From NCBI GenBank assembly GCA_965219415.1, contig CBDCNP010000002.1, positions 96,001 to 160,000 of the forward strand: 64,000 nt of DNA. The letters are read 5' to 3'. The first letter of the stretch is position 1. Every line of letters starts with the position of its first letter. The notes under the pieces were generated by a model, which was not told the origin of the DNA, ran no database searches, and worked only from the letters and a program-made list of their open reading frames with translations. Position numbers and translations under genes: made by a program. The stretch comes from Candidatus Marinacidobacterales bacterium (GTDB lineage: Bacteria; Acidobacteriota; Vicinamibacteria; Marinacidobacterales; DATDRI01). Positions 49,894-61,140 of the stretch are shown piece after piece.

Positions 49894-51009
49894 TTGGAAA
49901 CATACATACCACGCCCCGAGATCGAGACCAGGCTCCTCGCCAACGTCGAATCCGGCAATAAGGCCACCATGCTCCTCGGTCCTCGAGGCTCCGGCAAGAC
50001 GACATTGCTCAGGCGCGTACGCTCGCTCATCGGCAACTCCCGCCCAACCGCCCTGATTCAGATCGAGCCCATCGCGGCATCTCCGGAGATACTCTGCGAG
50101 CGATTTCTCCACGTCGCAGGGGAAACACTTTCTGCCGGTTCCTCCCGGTCAGGCCGGTCCCGGCCTTTCCAACGGCTGGTCTCGTCGTTATCGAAGGCCA
50201 AGCCGGGGGCTGTCCTGTTACTGGACGACATCACCGAGCTCCGAACCCTTTCTTACTTCCCGGGAGTGGAGAACCCATTGGAGAGCGTTCTCGAGGCGCT
50301 GAGCAAGAAACACTCACCAGACTGCGTGGTGACGAGCCGGTTCCCGGCGTGGGTCGCTTCTTCGTTCGAGGACCTCTCCAACCCAGCGCGTGCACACTTC
50401 GATGTCGTGGACATTCCCCCATTGAGAACAGACCAGCTAGGCACCTATGCAGTCAATGGCGGCGAAGGGCTCGTGGCTGCAACGAGAGGATTGCCGGTCC
50501 ATATCACCCCACTCATCGCACGACTGGAAGACGGAGACGACCTCCCGACCGCCCTCGCCGCTGAAATGACAGACCGCGGCCAACTGGAGGCCGAGTGCCG
50601 TGCCACGTTGGGACAACTCTTGCATCGGGCCCGCGGCTATGGGGCCTGCAAGGCGGTGCTGCACGTGTTGGCGGAGGAGGAAGGGCTTCGGCTGACCGAC
50701 ATCGCAAGACGGCTCGATCGCACTCCAGGCTCGGCACGAGACTATCTTCGTTGGCTCGAGGAAGTCGACTTGATCACGGTTCGCGACAAACGGTTTTTCT
50801 TCGTCGACCCGGTCCTGCGTTTGTGGCTACGCCTCTATGGGCAAGGCGAGTTTCCCTCGCATGATATTATTGAAGCCGAGGTCGAACGACACCTGGGCAA
50901 GAAGCTTCCTGTTGTGCCTCCCCGCGAGACGGTCCCCACCACCCCTCACGAACAGCACGAACCTCCGCCCCCTATCCGTCCGGAGGAAGATCTCATCGAG
51001 ATCGATTGA
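49894..51009 (+). CDS. P-loop ATPase with C-terminal winged helix
   Basis: Walker A GPRGSGKT, Walker B VLLLDD, LTDIARRL...YLRWLEEVDLI...DPVLRLW. Confidence 0.8.
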   Translation: METYIPRPEIETRLLANVESGNKATMLLGPRGSGKTTLLRRVRSLIGNSRPTALIQIEPIAASPEILCERFLHVAGETLSAGSSRSGRSRPFQRLVSSLSKAKPGAVLLLDDITELRTLSYFPGVENPLESVLEALSKKHSPDCVVTSRFPAWVASSFEDLSNPARAHFDVVDIPPLRTDQLGTYAVNGGEGLVAATRGLPVHITPLIARLEDGDDLPTALAAEMTDRGQLEAECRATLGQLLHRARGYGACKAVLHVLAEEEGLRLTDIARRLDRTPGSARDYLRWLEEVDLITVRDKRFFFVDPVLRLWLRLYGQGEFPSHDIIEAEVERHLGKKLPVVPPRETVPTTPHEQHEPPPPIRPEEDLIEID

Positions 51010-51011
51010 AG

Positions 51012-54000
51012 ATGAAACTCGAATCCGGTACCCGCTTCGGGGACTATGAAGTGATCTCGCCGATCGGCACCGGCGACATGGGCGAGGTCTATCGAGCTAA
51101 GGATCTCAAATTGGGTCGCGACGTCGCGGTCAAAGTACTGCGGCAGGAGTTCTCTTCAGATCGCGAGCGTTTGTCTCGCTTCGAACGGGAAGCGCGTTCG
51201 GCGTCGGCTCTCAACCATCCCAATATCATCACCATCTACGCCATCGGCGAGTGGGAATCCATTCCTTATATGGTCATGGAGTTCTTGGATGGCAAGACTT
51301 TGGGGGAACTGCTCTCGTCCGGCCCGCTGCCCACCCGACAGATGCTGCGCATTGCGCAACAGGTCGCCGATGGTCTCGCCAAGGCGCACGAGGCAGGAAT
51401 CGTTCACCGGGATCTGAAGCCTGAGAATCTCATGATCACCAGTGATGGATTCTTGAAGATCCTGGACTTCGGCCTCGCCAAACTGGTCCCCTCTTCCGCG
51501 GATCATTCCGAAAAGCCCCCTTGGACGGTCACGGCACTGCATCCGGTGTCATCCTCGGCACCGTCGGACACATGTCCCCCGAGCAGGCAAGCGGGCGCAC
51601 CGTGGATTTTCGATGCGATCAGTTTTCGTTTGGCGCCATCCTTTACGAGATGGCGACCGGAGCCAAGACCCTTTCTCCGGCCATCACCCATACAAACGCT
51701 CTCCGCCATCATCGAGAAGGATCCCGAACCGATCGCCGGTCTGAACCCCGGTCTGCCCGGCGACTTCGTGGCGATCGTCGAACGTCTTCTCTCCAAGGAC
51801 CCGGCGAAACGCTTCGACTCCACTCGGACCCTGGCAGCCTATCTGCAGCGGCTTCCCATCGACGACTTCGATTCCCCTCGCGCACAACGGCCTTCTCGAA
51901 AAACACAAGATTGCTCCCAATGCGGCGAAGAAAATCCGACCGATGACAGCTTCTGCGGTCGTTGCGGCTCACCGCTGGCCGAGAAGTGTCCTGGCTGTGG
52001 AACGCTGATCGAGGGCGACAAAAGCTTCTGTGGACATTGTGGCTATCGCCTCGCCCCCTCGTCACCGGCTCATCCACCTGCGACGCGGCCCGAATCTGCG
52101 CCCAAACTTCCCTCTGGTCCTTTGATTGACGGTGAGAGGAGGCAGGTCACGATCTTGTTCTCCAACCTAAGCGGCTATACCGCGATGGTCGAACGCCTCG
52201 ATCCGGAAGAGGTCGCACGTGCGATGGCTCGCATCAGGGAAACGGCAGAGCAAGTCGTTGAAGAATACGAGGGCGTGGTGAACCAGGTGGTTCGCGATGA
52301 GATCACCGCACTCTTCGGCATCCCGATAACGCATGAAGACGACTTCGTGCGCGCCGCCCGTGCTGCCCTCGAGCTCCATCGGTGCGTACGCGAGCTTGGC
52401 GGTGAACTGGAAGGGGTGATTGGACATCGGCTGCGGATGCATAGTGGCATCAACACCGGCCGCGTCCTCGCGCAACAGCTCGACTCCAAAGACGAGAAGT
52501 ACCGAATCGCCGGGGGTGCCGTCCAAGTGGCTGCGCGGCTCGTCGCGGAAGCGGAGGCGGACGAGATTCTGGTGAGCCCCGAGACACGCCGCCTCATCGC
52601 TCCATTCTTCGAAACCGAAGCAAGCCAGGAGCTCAGGATCAAGGGGAAAGACGCTCCGATCACACCCCATCGCGTGCTCCGGGAGTCTGGCTTTCCAGAG
52701 CAGGCTCGAGGCGGCCGAGAAATGGGGCCTTACCAAATACACCGCCCGGGAGACGGAGCTAGGCACCTTGGCTGAACGGCTTGAAAAAATTCTCGAAGGC
52801 GAAGGCCAATTCGTAACCGTGCTGGGTGAAGCCGGGGTCGGCAAGAGTCGGCTTCTCTATGAGTTTCGACGCAGCATGAAGGGCAAACCCGTCCGCGTCC
52901 TCCTGGGACGATGCCAATCATATGGGACCAGTGTGCCCTACCTACCGTTCATCGACGCCCTAAGGCTCGCACTCCATGTTACGGAGCAGGAGTCCCCCAC
53001 CCAGCTTTTGCACAATGCGATCTCGAATATCCGGGCCATTGATCCGCGTTTGGAGAGTTACATTCCGCTATACCTTCACCTGCTGTCGATCCAGAGCGAC
53101 GAGCACCCAATTCTGGATCATTTGCAAGGTGCCGAGCTCCGGCTAGCCTTCCTGGAAGCCCTCTCTGCCTTCTTCACGTTTAGCGCGGAGCGAGAGGCTC
53201 TGGCTATTTTTATGGAGGATTGGCAGTGGGCTGATGAGGCCTCCCAAGAAGCGCTCGGGCACCTGCTGGGAATGGGTGTCGGCCTATCCCCTCCTCCTGG
53301 TCGCCACCTACCGTTCGGATGCCTCGTTCGACTGGGGACACCTCGCTCATCACACGCAGCTTCATTTGCAACCACTGGAGACGGCGTCCGCGTCCAGCGT
53401 CGTCAAGTCGCTCCTCGGTGCCGACGACCTGCCGGCTGGATTGGAGGAGCTGATCCACGAACGAACGGCCGGCAATCCTTTCTTCATCGAGGAGATTTGC
53501 CATACGTTGCTCGAGGACGGGACGGTGCGGTTGGTCGAGGGTCGTGCGGTTATGGAGCGAGACGTCGACAACCTCGATCTCCCCGATACCGTCCAAGTGG
53601 TCATTCGCACCCGCTTGGATCGGCTCGATGGCGAAACGCAAGAAGCTCTTCGGAACGCATCGGTCATCGGTCGGGAGTTCAACCGTCGCATTCTAGAGCG
53701 CACACTCCCGGACCAAGGCAGGGTCTCGAAATCCCTCGAAGCCCTCAAGACGTTGGGCCTCATTCGCCAGATCCGTGTCCTGCCCGAGGCCACATACGAA
53801 TTCCATAATTCGTTGACCCAGGAGGTCGCCTACGAAAGCCTTCTGCTTCACCAAAGAAAGGCACTCCACCAAGCGGTGGGAGAGGCCCTAGAGGAGCTTT
53901 TCCCGGACCGCCCGGAGGAACAGGCGGACCGGCTCGCCTACCATTCAGCCGGGCCGAGAACTGGGAAAAGGCGGTGCACTACGGTCGGCTGTCCGCGGAC

Positions 54001-54650
54001 AGATCCACCAAGCTGAGCCAGTTCGCGGAAGCGCTCCGTGCTCTGGAAGACACCGTGAATTGGCTGCGGAAGTTTTCTGAGGGAGGTGAGCGGCTCTCCA
54101 CGTTGATCGACTTGACGCTCCAAAAGGAACGCGTGTGCGAGACCCTCGGAGCACGGGAGCAACAACAATCGATCATCGACGAGCTTCTCTCGCTCCTCGA
54201 GTCCGCGGGAGACAAACAACGGCTTGCCGACGTGTTGGTTCGGCAAGGAGAGCTGCGCGCGCGGTTGGGACGTTCCCAGGAGGCCGAGCAGTCCTTGGAG
54301 AGCTCTTTGACGATCGCGAAAGAGCTCTCCGATCCTCTCCGAGAGCGGAATGCCTTGCAGGCCATGGGCTTCTTGCACTGGTCGCGAGGAAACTACGACC
54401 AAGCCATCTCTCACAACAATGCGGTCCTCGAGATCGATCGCAAGCGATCCGACACCGAAAAGATCGCCCTCGACTTGACGAACCTGGGCGCGGTGCTCAG
54501 GAGTTCGGGCGACCATGAACGATCCATTTCTTATCTAGAAGAGGCCATCCAGATTTATGAGGCGGTGGATAATCCGGTCAGAAAGGCATACGCCCTAGCG
54601 ATCCTCGCCCAGACACATCGTGACCGGAGAGACAATGACACCGCCCTCGT
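51012..54650 (+). pseudogene. Ser/Thr kinase - double zinc ribbon - class III nucleotide cyclase - AAA/STAND ATPase - TPR protein; multiple frameshifts, 3' truncated
   Basis: HRDLKPEN, DFG, MSPEQ (other frame), four CxxC pairs, GERRQVTILF, GINTG, GEAGVGKSRL, GNPFFIEE, TPRs. Confidence 0.88.
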
Positions 54651-55420
54651 CGTAAAAGTTGAACCCCGGCGTAGAAGCTCTTGTACTCAACACGTCCCAG
54701 AAACGACTGGAAATTCAAGGGCTCAAATCGGCCGCCGGGAGACGTATGACGTCGACGTGTTGATTTCGGATCTGGGAGAGGATTGGAGCTATCTGGTCTC
54801 CGGACGCGTTTTCGGAACCGATGGGTACGTTCAAGTCGCTGAGGAAAAGCGAGGTGCGGTGGACGAGCCGGCCGGCGTTGAGCTCCAGCGTGTCTGAGAC
54901 GGCTGGACGCGTCGAGAGTTGGATGGTTCCACCCAGGGCAGAGCTGCCGTAAAGCTGGCTCGTAAGCACCGCGTGATACTTCTACCCCTCCTAGGGAAAG
55001 CCGGGGAAGACGATTCCAATAAATCCAGTTCCCGAAGGGGTCATTGAGCGGAACCCCATCCCAGAGAACCAGACTGCGGCTCGCTCCGCTGGGACCGATG
55101 CCGCGCAGGGACACTCCTTGGGTCGTCGGGTGCGCCACCAGGCTGCTCGATCTTCGAAAGAGACTGAAGCCTGGAACCCGTCGCAGGTGGTCATCGAGGA
55201 CGAGCGTCGGAGATTCGAGGAGATCTTCGTGGGGAGAAGGCCGTCACCATCGCGATCGCATCGCCGAGCGGCTGTTCAGTTCTTGCCGCGGTGACTACGA
55301 CGACTTCGTGGTATCCCTCGACCTCCTGCTCTTTCTCATCTTCGGGAACCGCCTGCACCGATGACTGGGCTAGCGATAGAAGAAGCAAAAGCGAGAGTAG
55401 AGACAACGCCGACAGCCTAT
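54645..55420 (-). pseudogene. TonB-dependent receptor, plug and start of barrel only; frameshifts and internal inversion
   Basis: EVVVVTAARTEQ, HPTTQGVSLRGIGPSGASRSLVLWDGVPLNDPFG, LYGSSALGGTI. Confidence 0.85.
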
Positions 55421-55422
55421 CA

Positions 55423-56028
55423 CTAGGACGGATCGAACGATTGACCCCAATTCCCCGAGAACACAAACTCCGTAATGGGGCGCCTCTTTCTAGGGGCGCG
55501 ATCGCGTTCGGCCAATTTTTCGTCGCCGGCGTCGGGCTTGCCCCGGTATCCGATAGCGATTCCCGTCATGACCTGGAAGTCGGCGGGGATGTTGTAGAAC
55601 TCCATCGCGCGCTCCGGCAGTATCCCTACCATCTGATGCACATACAGACCTCGTTTGGTCGCCTCGAACAAGAGGGTTCCTGACGCAAGGCCGAGGTCGT
55701 GTTGCGCGGAACTGTTGGGTTTGCCGTTGCGATCGAACAAAAGACTCACCACCCCGAGGGCTAGGACCGGTGCGTGCTTGGCCCACGCCTGATTCCCCTC
55801 CACCAGACAGGAGAGCAGACGCGCGAACTGTTCGGCATGCTCTTGGGTGGCCACGATGTACCGCCAGGGTTGCTCGTTGTAAGACGAGGGAGCCCACCTC
55901 GCTGCTTCGAACAATGCCTTCAGATCGTGGGCTGCGACCGGGCGTGAGTCGAAAACATAGGGACTCCACCGCTCGGCAATCAGATCGTCAATAGGGTAAT
56001 CAGGTTGTGCGCGCTTGATTTCTGTCAC
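55423..56028 (-). CDS. Nitroreductase-family protein
   Basis: ERWSPYVF, EAARWAPSSYNEQPWRY, HDLGLA, HQMVG, IAIGY. Confidence 0.92.
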   Translation of the reverse strand: MTEIKRAQPDYPIDDLIAERWSPYVFDSRPVAAHDLKALFEAARWAPSSYNEQPWRYIVATQEHAEQFARLLSCLVEGNQAWAKHAPVLALGVVSLLFDRNGKPNSSAQHDLGLASGTLLFEATKRGLYVHQMVGILPERAMEFYNIPADFQVMTGIAIGYRGKPDAGDEKLAERDRAPRKRRPITEFVFSGNWGQSFDPS

Positions 56029-56084
56029 AATGCCTCCATTTACTTGCTACGGAGTCGTGGAGAATCACCGTATTCGAGCCTTCT

Positions 56085-57461
56085 CGGGCCTCGGACTCAT
56101 GATCGGCCTTTTCGAACGGGTCGCGGCGCAGGTTGAAGAGTCGCGGTACGCGCAACACGGTGAACGGTCGCACCCACACCTCGAAACCGTGGGCCTCCTG
56201 GATGCTAAACATCACCTTCCAGTCGTTGTAACGAAACGCAGACAGCGAGCCGTCGTCGGTGAAGTAGAAGAACTCCTCTCGAGGTCCCTTGGACGCTTGT
56301 CCGGTCATGTACGGGAGGAAATTGTAGCCGTCCAGGTGAACCTTGAAGGTCTTGCCTCCGGTGGTATGCCCCTTGAGCAGCTTCTCTTTGATGTCCGCGT
56401 CCCCTGCAGCTGCCACGAGGGTCGGCAGCCAATCCATCATGGCGATGATCTCGTTCGAGACGGAGCCCGCCTTAATTTTCCCAGGCCAACGAACCATCAT
56501 CGGAACGCGAAAGCCACCCTCCCAGGTGGTGTTCTTCTCGCCGCGGAAAGGAATCATACCACCATCGGGCCAGCTCATGACCTCGGCGCCGTTGTCGGTG
56601 GCGTACATGACGATCGTGTTTTCGGTAATCCCCAGCTCGTCGAGCTTGTCGAGTAGCTGGCCCACGTGGCCGTCGTGCTCGACCATGCCGTCGGCATAGA
56701 TGCCCTGCCCTGTCACACCCTCGGATTCGGCCTTGAGGTGTGTCCAGATGTGCATGCGCGTCGAGTTGAACCAAAGAAAAAAGGGTTTGTCCTGCTGATG
56801 CGTCTGATCCATGAAACCGAGCGCCGCGGTCAGAAACTCCCCATCGACCGTTTCCATCCGTCTCTTGGTCAGCGGGCCGGTGTCTTCGATACGTCCGTCG
56901 GCATAGCTGTGGATCACGCCCCGTGGACCGTACTTCTTGTGGAACTCGGGGTCCTTGGGATAGTCGGGAAGCTCCGGCTCCTCTTCGGCGTTCAGGTGGT
57001 AGAGGTTGCCGAAGAACCTCGTCGAAGCCGTGGTTGGTCGGCAAGTGCTCGTCCAGATCTCCGAGGTGGTTCTTGCCGAATTGGCCGGTGGCGTACCCCA
57101 TCGGCTTCAGCATCTCGGCGATGGTGGGATCCTCCGCCCGCAAGCCGAGATCGGCTCCGGGAAGACCGACCTTCAGCAGCCCAGTGCGGAAACCGCTTTG
57201 ACCGGTGATGAACGTGGCCCGCCCGGCAGTACAGCTATTCTCGCCGTAGGCGTCGGTGAAAATCATCCCCTCGTCCGCGATGCGGTCGATATTGGGCGTC
57301 TTGTAGCCCATGACGCCCATGTTGTAGGCGCTGATGTTGTACTGGCCGATGTCATCGCCCCAGATAATCAGGATATTGGGCTTGTCCTGAGCCATTGCGG
57401 TGGCCGACGTGAGGGCCATGGGAAATACGAGCACCAGCAGCGCTATGCTTCGGCTAATCAA
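56085..57461 (-). pseudogene. Arylsulfatase; +1 frameshift near 57018, C-terminus apparently deleted
   Basis: [19 protein letters not shown] (FGly motif), [34 protein letters not shown]. Confidence 0.88.
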
Positions 57462-57465
57462 TATA

Positions 57466-58707
57466 GGGTTTACGCGGATTCGTGTGGGTAAGTTCTGACG
57501 GAAAAACAGTGTAACTCATTGTGTGGAAAAGGTATCGAGTACTTCATCAGGTGCTGAAAAGTGGTCCATTTTTAGGATAGGCTAACCGAGTGAAAAATTC
57601 CCAGTCGATCCGCTCGCTGTTTGCGCTGCCAGGTTTCGTGGTTGGTGCCGGATTGAAGGGTCTATTCGGTGACCGATACGCCCGCGTCATCCAGCTCAAG
57701 AGGCGAAAAAAACAGCTGTGTGCTCTTACTGTGGGCAACGGTGCCGGGGGCGCTATGACAAGCAAGTGTGCCGGGTCCGCGACCTGTCGTTGGCAGGCTG
57801 GCGGATCTATCTGGAATACGAGCGTTGGCGCGTCAACTGTTCTGGGTGCGGCGGTGTGCATGTAGAACACCTAGACTGGCTGGCGAACAACTCGCGCTAC
57901 ACCCAGCGTTTTGCGACGCATGTGGGCAAGCTGTGCCGGGATATGCCGAACAAGGCGGTGGCCGAGATGGAACGTCTGCACCACGGTACGGTGAAGGCTC
58001 TGGATACACGCTCTACATGCAAGAGCAGGTCGACCGGGCGGGGCTACCGGCGCCTCGGGCCATCGGTGTCGATGAGATCTCCATCCGCAAGGGACATAAC
58101 TATCGCGTCATTGTCAGCGACCTGGAGCGGGCGCGTCCCATCTGGGTGGGCGGTGAGGGTCGCAAAGAAACCGACATCGATTTGTTCTTCAAGGCGCTGG
58201 GCGGAAAGAAAAGCGCCCGTATCAAGCTGGCCGCCATGGATATGTGGAAGCCCTTCCGGAACTCGGTGATTCACAACGCGCCTAATGCGCGGATCATCTT
58301 CGACAAGTTTCATATCATGCGTCATCTGTCAAAGGCCCTCGATGAGGTCCGGCGCGGTGAGTACAAACGCCTCAGCGGCAAGGACCGGTCGTACATCAAG
58401 GGGCAGCGTTACACTTTGCTTTCCCGGCGGGAGAACCTGAGCCTAGACGGTCGCCGCGCACTCAAAAAGTTGCTCCAGGCCAACCGGCGCCTGAACACCG
58501 CCTATATTTTGAAGGAGGCCTTCGGGCAACTCTGGGATTACCGCACCGAACGCGGCGCTCGCGCCTTTTTCACTCGTTGGAAAGACAGCCTCAAATGGCA
58601 ACGCCTGCATCCGTACCAGAAGTTCGCCGGTATGATTGAGTCCCATTGGGATGGTATCGCCTCCTACTGTCATCCGGAGAACAAAGTCAGTCTCGGCCTA
58701 GTTGAAC
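57466..58707 (+). mobile_element. ISL3-family element, 3'-truncated, transposase disrupted
   Basis: Zn finger CSYC...RVRDL...CSGC, RYTQRF, IGVDEIS, AMDMWKPF, FDKFHI, ends at SLGLVE. The left end is inferred at GGGTTTACGCGGATTCGTGTGG. Confidence 0.85.
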
Positions 58708-58854
58708 GAGTTTTTTCAAACAGGGGATCGTAGCCAGGTTCGTGGCCTCCCACAACCCGTAAAAATACGGGTTTCGGGGCGAGAAAATTCCCGACATCCC
58801 TAGTATGGCCGCCTCCAATTGCGCTATAACGGCGTTACCGGAGGTAGCAAAATC

Positions 58855-59484
58855 ATGTCGAAGCCCGTAATCGAAGCCACCCCCAACGGACCCTATGTCG
58901 TGAGCAATCCTCCTACCGTCAAGAACTCGAAAGGCGAGGAGATCTCGACCAAGCCGACTACAGCGTTTTGCCGCTGTGGGCGTTCGGAAAACAAGCCCTT
59001 TTGTGATGGCACCCACGCCAAAGTCGGCTTCGACGCCTCCAGGCAAACCGACGGCTCGGCGGACAAGCAAGACCACTACCAAGGCAGTGCCGTCACCATC
59101 AACGACAATAGGAGTGTCTGCGCTCACGCCGCGCGTTGTACCGCAGGATTGAAGACTGTCTTCAAGTACGGCGAAGAACCCTGGATCGATCCCAACGGTG
59201 CGGGCGCCGAAGAAATCAAGAAACAGGTCGAAAGCCGTCCCTCCGGCGCGCTGAGCTACACGATGGACGGCGCCGAGCATGACGATTTCGGAGGCGCGCC
59301 ATCCATCTATATCGCCCAAAACGGCCCTTATGCCGTCTCTGGAGGCGTGGAGCTAAAAGACTCGATGGGTGGCCAAACACCACAGTCGAGCGCGCACTAC
59401 ACGCTCTGTCGCTGTGGGGGGTCGAAGAACAAGCCGTTTTGTGACGGAACGCACTGGAAGGGATTCAAGGACGATAAGAACTAA
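58855..59484 (+). CDS. CDGSH iron-sulfur domain protein (CDGSH - Fer4_19-like - CDGSH)
   Basis: Two CRCGxSxNKPFCDGTH motifs around CAHAARC...PWIDP. Confidence 0.92.
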   Translation: MSKPVIEATPNGPYVVSNPPTVKNSKGEEISTKPTTAFCRCGRSENKPFCDGTHAKVGFDASRQTDGSADKQDHYQGSAVTINDNRSVCAHAARCTAGLKTVFKYGEEPWIDPNGAGAEEIKKQVESRPSGALSYTMDGAEHDDFGGAPSIYIAQNGPYAVSGGVELKDSMGGQTPQSSAHYTLCRCGGSKNKPFCDGTHWKGFKDDKN

Positions 59485-60625
59485 AGCAGCTCGACGCTGC
59501 GTGCGTAGAAACCTCGATCGAGCCGTCTCGTTCTGATCTCGGGGTCCTTCACGCGCAGCTCGATCCGATACCGACCGGGTGCTTGCGGCTTCCAGGTGTG
59601 GGACCAAAGCGTCCAGGTCCGGTTCTGCCGATGATCATAGGCGCCTACCGGAACGTACGGCGCGCCGAAAATACCGGACTTGAAGCGAATTTCCAACGCG
59701 TTGGTCGCTTCGTTTCCACCCCAGAGAATGCCGACGACCCGGTACTCGAGTCCGCCGTCGACTCGCCACTTCTCGACCCGAACCGGCAGGGCTGCTTGAT
59801 CCATCGCGGCCGGCTGAAAATCTCGCGCTAGCTCGGGCGTTCCATCTTGATGCGTACGGCTCGCGAACTCCTTCATCTGGCCGGTTGCCGGCTCCGACTC
59901 ATCCACCAATCGGATTTCGTCGACCCACTTGATGCAGGTACAACCGTACCAACCCGGCATGATGAGCCGCACCGGCTGACCATGGTGCTTGGGGAGAGGC
60001 GCGCCATTCATCCGAGTGGCCCAAAAGGCTCCCTGCGCTTCGAGCTCGGCGAACGTGAAGACCCAGCTGGCACCTTCTCGTGAGCCCCGATAGGGACTGG
60101 AATGACCATCGAATCCTGAGACCAAGACCCGCGTGGCCGCACCAGCGATTTCGAGACGCTCGAGTAGATTGGAGACACCGACTCCACTCCACTCCGCGGC
60201 ACTCATGAGGCTGAATTGGCGGTGCCTCCCGTTGCCAGAGCACTCGAGCAGATGCGCCCCCATCGGCTCTTCCTCGGCAAGAATGTCCTCGATCGAGACT
60301 CGGGCCGCTCGTTCCACCAAACCGCTCACCGCTATCTGCCATCGCGAGCTCTCGCGGAGCTGGTCTGGAAAAGCAGTACGAATGAAGAAGTTCTCATTCG
60401 AAGTGGTTAGGGTGTCTTCGGTCAGAGTGGAGAGGTCCAAGACCAATCGACCACCGAGGCCTGAGCCGTGAAGAGACCCCGGCGAGATCTCTCCTTCACC
60501 GACGAAGGGTACCGTCCCTAGGAGCCGTCCTCGAGCCAGGATCGGGGGAAAAGCTAGGAAGCTGGCCGCGGTCGACCTGAGACCTGCGGCGATGATGGCC
60601 CACGCTTGGTGGCGAGCTGGGTCAC
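59481..60625 (-). CDS. Molybdopterin-dependent oxidoreductase (sulfite oxidase family); 5' end uncertain, possible frameshift near 60600
   Basis: FFIRT, LECSGN, AEWSGV, MNGAPLPKHHGQPVRLIMPGWYGCTCIKWV. The frame stays open well upstream of 60446. Confidence 0.8.
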
Positions 60626-61140
60626 TCGATACCGAGGGCTTCTCGAACGTGCGCTTCGAGTATCGGGGGAGTTCTTACCGGATGGAAACCCACATGGACA
60701 CTGTGGAAAGTGCCGTCGCGGTCGATGAGGAACGAGGTGGGCATGGAATACACTTGAAAGGCTTCGTCGACTTCGAACGTGCTCACCAGATTCGTGTAGC
60801 GGACTTTGTTCTCCCGCAAGAACTGTTTCACCTCGTCAAGCGGCGGCACGCGGTCATCAACGTGTAGTCCGACGACTGCGAATCCCTTTTTGCGGTACTT
60901 GGCTGCCAAGCCTTCGAGGAAGGGCAGCGACGACTTGCATGGTCCGCACCAAACGGCCCAGAAATCTAAGAGCACGACCGAGCCTTTGAAGTCTTTCAGG
61001 GATACTTTCTTGCCCTGAACGCTCTTCAACGTAAAGTCGGGCGCCGGTTGTCCGCGAAGGTCCTTCACCGAGTCGGCGGGACCTGAAACAAACAGCAGCG
61101 CCGCGGAAACGACCGCTATTGGCAGGGTGCGTCCAATCAA
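60622..61140 (-). CDS. TlpA-family disulfide reductase
   Basis: APDFTL, LDFWAVWCGPC, MPTSFLIDRDG. Confidence 0.9.
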   Translation of the reverse strand: MIGRTLPIAVVSAALLFVSGPADSVKDLRGQPAPDFTLKSVQGKKVSLKDFKGSVVLLDFWAVWCGPCKSSLPFLEGLAAKYRKKGFAVVGLHVDDRVPPLDEVKQFLRENKVRYTNLVSTFEVDEAFQVYSMPTSFLIDRDGTFHSVHVGFHPVRTPPILEAHVREALGIE

